Of a stretch of DNA of 64,000 nt, positions 60,991-64,000 are shown piece after piece; position 1 is the stretch's first letter, and every line of letters starts with the position of its first letter. The DNA comes from a virus. The translations under genes were made by a program, and so were the position numbers. Location: the IMG/VR virus record IMGVR_UViG_3300034069_000634, positions 1 to 64,000 of that record; one strand, given 5' to 3'. The notes beneath the pieces are model-generated. The model was not told where the DNA came from. It saw nothing but the letters and a program-made list of their open reading frames with translations, and did no database searches.

Positions 60991-61812
60991 ATGGCTGTAG
61001 AATACATTCCATACCAAGGGCCGGTTGTCACTCGAGAAAAAGCCCTATCTGAAAACCTCAAATGGTATTTTACGGGCGTCCCTTGCAAACATGGACATGT
61101 TTCGCTTCGAAGAGTGACAACGAGATCGTGTCAAGGGTGCGGTGAAGTTTTCTTACAAGAGCTTCGGAGTCACACAGCAAAAACAAAAGCGTTTAAGCCA
61201 CTTACCGCTCGACAAATCGCGCTTAACAATGGAGAATTAAGATATTTTACGGGGATTTCTTGTACAAATGGACATATATCCGAGAGGTTTGTAAATAGTC
61301 GAGCCTGTGTAGTTTGCATGGCTGAAAAATCAAAAGAGATTCCTAAGCAAATTAAATCCTCTTACAGCGCTAAACATCGATCTCTACATCCCGAAAAATG
61401 GAAAGAAACTCTTGAGCAATTTCGAATGCGTCATCGGATTCGGAGAAATGCCGAAGCACGAGAAGCCTATGCTAAAAATTCAGAAAAGGGTCGAGCCCGC
61501 ACAAAGCAATGGAGAGAACGCAATCCAGAAGGGGTTCGTGCTCATGCCATGACGCGATGGGCAAGAAAGAAGGGGTCATCAGGATCTTATACGGTAGAGG
61601 ATATCCGGTTCTTATTTGAGGCTCAGAAAGGACGCTGCATTAACTGCTTGGCTTCGTTGAATGAGGCGTATCACGTTGATCACGTACAACCATTGTCGCG
61701 GGGCGGGCTGAACGTTCGATCGAATCTTCAGTTATTATGCCCGCCATGCAACTTGAGCAAACACGCTCTCGACCCGTTCGAATGGGCTCAACGCAATGGC
61801 CGTCTCCTTTAA
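60991..61812 (+). CDS. HNH endonuclease with repeated Zn-finger modules (AT-rich)
   Basis: YFTG.PC..GH.S.R.V..R.C..C occurs twice. C-terminal HVDHVQPLSRGG..NLQLLCPPCNLSKH. Confidence 0.75.
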   Translation: MAVEYIPYQGPVVTREKALSENLKWYFTGVPCKHGHVSLRRVTTRSCQGCGEVFLQELRSHTAKTKAFKPLTARQIALNNGELRYFTGISCTNGHISERFVNSRACVVCMAEKSKEIPKQIKSSYSAKHRSLHPEKWKETLEQFRMRHRIRRNAEAREAYAKNSEKGRARTKQWRERNPEGVRAHAMTRWARKKGSSGSYTVEDIRFLFEAQKGRCINCLASLNEAYHVDHVQPLSRGGLNVRSNLQLLCPPCNLSKHALDPFEWAQRNGRLL

Positions 61813-61861
61813 AACAACTCTCTAGACCCCTTCCCGCGAGGCATGGTACGCGGCAATCACG

Positions 61862-63325
61862 ATGACCGAAATCTTCCGCGTCAAGGATCAGGATCGTATC
61901 GCCCTCGACTTCGCCGGCTCGGCGCGGTCCTACGACGACGACGGCCATCTCCACGTCAAGCGGACGCCGATCTCGAAGGCGACGGTGAATGAGTACCTCG
62001 GCTCGGAGATCCCGCGCGGAAAGGAACTCGGCCTGGAGCCGAACCGTCGATACAAGTTGCTTCGCGATCCCGAAGAACTCGCGAAGGCCGTTCAGACATT
62101 CAACAACAAGCCGCTTCTCTTCGATCACAACCCGGTCACGGCCGACGCGCACGATCACGATCGCACCGTCGGCAACGTCTCAAATCCCGAGTACGAGCAC
62201 CCGTATCTCTACGCGGATTTGTCGTGCTGGGTCGGCCCCGCAATCAAGAAGATTGACGACGGATCGCAAAAAGAGATTTCTTCGGCGTATCGCTACGACG
62301 CCGACATGACACCCGGCAAATTCGAAAGTGTGGATTACGACGGCGTGATGCGTAATATACGCTGCAATCACGTTTCGCTCGTGAAGAAGGGTCGGGCCGG
62401 TCCCGACGTTGTCGTTCTCGATTCGGCCATCCATGGCCCTTCACCGAAGGTTAAGATAGAGATGCTCAAGAATCCGACGGTCGTCTCCGCCCTCGCGATG
62501 GGCGTCGCCTCTCAGTTCGCCCGCGGGGCGATCGCCCAGGACGCGAAAATCGACGTTTCTCCGATCTTCGACGGCCTGACGAAGAAGAACTTCGCCTCGC
62601 GCAAGCCGCTCCTCGTCCTCGGCATGAAGGGCTCGCTCCACGGCCTCGCGAAGGACGCCGATCTCGCCGAGGTCGAAGCGCTCGTCGATCAGATCGAGGA
62701 CGCGGTCGAGAACCTCGCCGACGCGGTCGACGATTCCCCGGCCGTCGAGGTCGAGCCGACCGGTGAGCCGGCCGCGACCGACGACGATTCTGACGTCCAG
62801 GCTTGCATAGAAATGTGCCGTAATCTTAGCCCAGAAGATATGGCGAAGGTGATGGCCGCCATGAAAGACATGGCGAATATGCCGGCCGCGCTCCCGGCGG
62901 TCGACGCCGCGAAGGGCGCCCCGAACCTGACGAAGGCTCCGGCCGCTCTCGACGCCGCCCCGGTCGCCGTGAAGATTACGGGCCTCCCGAAGGGCATCGT
63001 CACGAAGCCGGCCCTCGACGCCGCGATCGAGGCGGCCCGGTCCGAGGAGCGCGAGCGCGCCCGCGCCCTGCGCGAGGCCGAGGCGTTCTGCCGCCCCTTC
63101 TCCGGCAACCTCCCGGCGATGGATTCGGCCGAGGACGTCTACCGGGCGACCTGTGATGTCCTGGCGATCCCGCACCAGGGGATCAAGGAGCCGGCCGCCC
63201 TGCGCGCCATGATCGAGATGAAGGGCACGCCCAACGCCTCGACCCCGGCCCCGAAGAAGGTCGCGATGGATTCGGCCGCGAACGCCGAGGTCGCCGCGCT
63301 CTTCCCGAACATGAACCGCATCTAA
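61862..63325 (+). CDS. prohead protease/scaffold-like protein (DUF2213-like)
   Basis: 487 aa. The N-terminal domain resembles DUF2213 and the C-terminus is Ala/Pro-rich. Its position after portal/MuF supports the call. Confidence 0.55.
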   Translation: MTEIFRVKDQDRIALDFAGSARSYDDDGHLHVKRTPISKATVNEYLGSEIPRGKELGLEPNRRYKLLRDPEELAKAVQTFNNKPLLFDHNPVTADAHDHDRTVGNVSNPEYEHPYLYADLSCWVGPAIKKIDDGSQKEISSAYRYDADMTPGKFESVDYDGVMRNIRCNHVSLVKKGRAGPDVVVLDSAIHGPSPKVKIEMLKNPTVVSALAMGVASQFARGAIAQDAKIDVSPIFDGLTKKNFASRKPLLVLGMKGSLHGLAKDADLAEVEALVDQIEDAVENLADAVDDSPAVEVEPTGEPAATDDDSDVQACIEMCRNLSPEDMAKVMAAMKDMANMPAALPAVDAAKGAPNLTKAPAALDAAPVAVKITGLPKGIVTKPALDAAIEAARSEERERARALREAEAFCRPFSGNLPAMDSAEDVYRATCDVLAIPHQGIKEPAALRAMIEMKGTPNASTPAPKKVAMDSAANAEVAALFPNMNRI

Positions 63326-63340
63326 GGAGCCGGAATCGTC

Positions 63341-63853
63341 ATGGCCTTCCAGAAGTCCGTCAACCTCGTCCAGGCGCCCGGCGTCGCGGGCGACTTCCTG
63401 ACCGCAAACCCGCGGTCGTCCAAGCCGACTGGCTCGCCCGTTCTCCAGGCGGGTCCGAACGGTCTGACCGTCGGCCTGTTCGCGTGGCAGGATTCGACCG
63501 GTACGCTCCTGAACAACTCCGGTTCGGGCGCCCCGGCCGGATTCGTTCATCGCGAGATGGCGGCCGACATCACGACCTATCTCGCCGAGTACGGGATGAC
63601 CATCCCCGCCGGCCAGCGCGTCGGCGGCCTGTTCAACGGCGGCGACTTTCAGGTCCTGAACGCCGGATCGACGACCGCGGTCGTCGGCCAGAAGGCGTTC
63701 GCCAGCACTACGAACGGCACCATCTCGTTCGCGAATGCCGGTGCCACCGTCGCCGGTTCGGTCGAGACCAAGTGGTACTGTGTCACGCTCATCAACGGCG
63801 GAACCGGGCTCCCCGGCGAACTCGTCGGCATGTCCGACAATCCGCTCGGCTAA
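63341..63853 (+). CDS. head decoration/cement-like structural protein
   Basis: 170 aa, located between the scaffold and capsid positions. Confidence 0.4.
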   Translation: MAFQKSVNLVQAPGVAGDFLTANPRSSKPTGSPVLQAGPNGLTVGLFAWQDSTGTLLNNSGSGAPAGFVHREMAADITTYLAEYGMTIPAGQRVGGLFNGGDFQVLNAGSTTAVVGQKAFASTTNGTISFANAGATVAGSVETKWYCVTLINGGTGLPGELVGMSDNPLG

Positions 63854-63877
63854 TCGCTCCAAGGGGAATCCGCAGTC

Positions 63878-64000
63878 ATGAAGTTCGAACTCCTCCGCCC
63901 CACGCTCGAAGAGACCTGGGGCATCCACCTCGCCGCGGATTCCCAGCTTATCGAGCCGGGGATGAAGCGGAACTTCGCCCTCGCGACCGACGCCCAGCCG
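63878..64000 (+). CDS. probable major capsid protein, 5' fragment (runs off the window)
   Basis: The ATG follows a GGGGAA SD. The call is positional. Confidence 0.4.
   Translation, partial: MKFELLRPTLEETWGIHLAADSQLIEPGMKRNFALATDAQP

Noticed and set aside
62441-63928. 495-aa ORF on the - strand across the scaffold and decoration genes.
   Set aside because: Same reasoning: it is antisense to well-supported head genes, and the sequence is Arg/Gly/Asp-rich and low in complexity.

Overview
This window is a high-GC segment of a tailed phage or prophage with a contractile tail. It probably covers most of the genome and is organised in three transcription blocks. (i) 1-21.8 kb, + strand: sheath, tube, chaperone, tape measure, baseplate, fibres, lysis genes and three signal-peptide proteins, closed by a terminator. 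(ii) 21.9-37.4 kb, - strand: about 45 mostly small early genes plus MazG, an SNF2 helicase, dCMP deaminase, a UvrD-like helicase and ParB. (iii) 37.5-64 kb, + strand: DnaQ-type exonuclease, DnaE-type polymerase, primase-helicase, two DNA methyltransferases and nucleases, then TerS, TerL, portal, MuF, protease/scaffold and the start of a likely capsid gene. I saw no integrase, repressor, tRNA, rRNA or CRISPR array. All family names come from motif recognition by eye, not from database searches.

Observations worth a second look:
- Three copies of a ~165-nt long-stem element with an AT-rich core sit in intergenic gaps (two between a stop codon and the next SD), always co-oriented with transcription. 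I cannot assign it to any RNA or mobile-element class I know.
- A conserved early-promoter-like motif, A-tract-CGCTTTTCTTTT-N14-nnTAnn, occurs 9 times, each 31-59 nt upstream of the first gene of a transcription unit.
- TerL carries an intein whose HNH endonuclease is encoded out of frame, overprinted on the intein linker.
- A C5 methyltransferase gene is open in two frames, and both frames show methyltransferase-like motifs.
- There are five HNH genes in total, with AT-richer tracts beside two of them that suggest co-conversion.
- A small gene is bracketed by 44-bp direct repeats.
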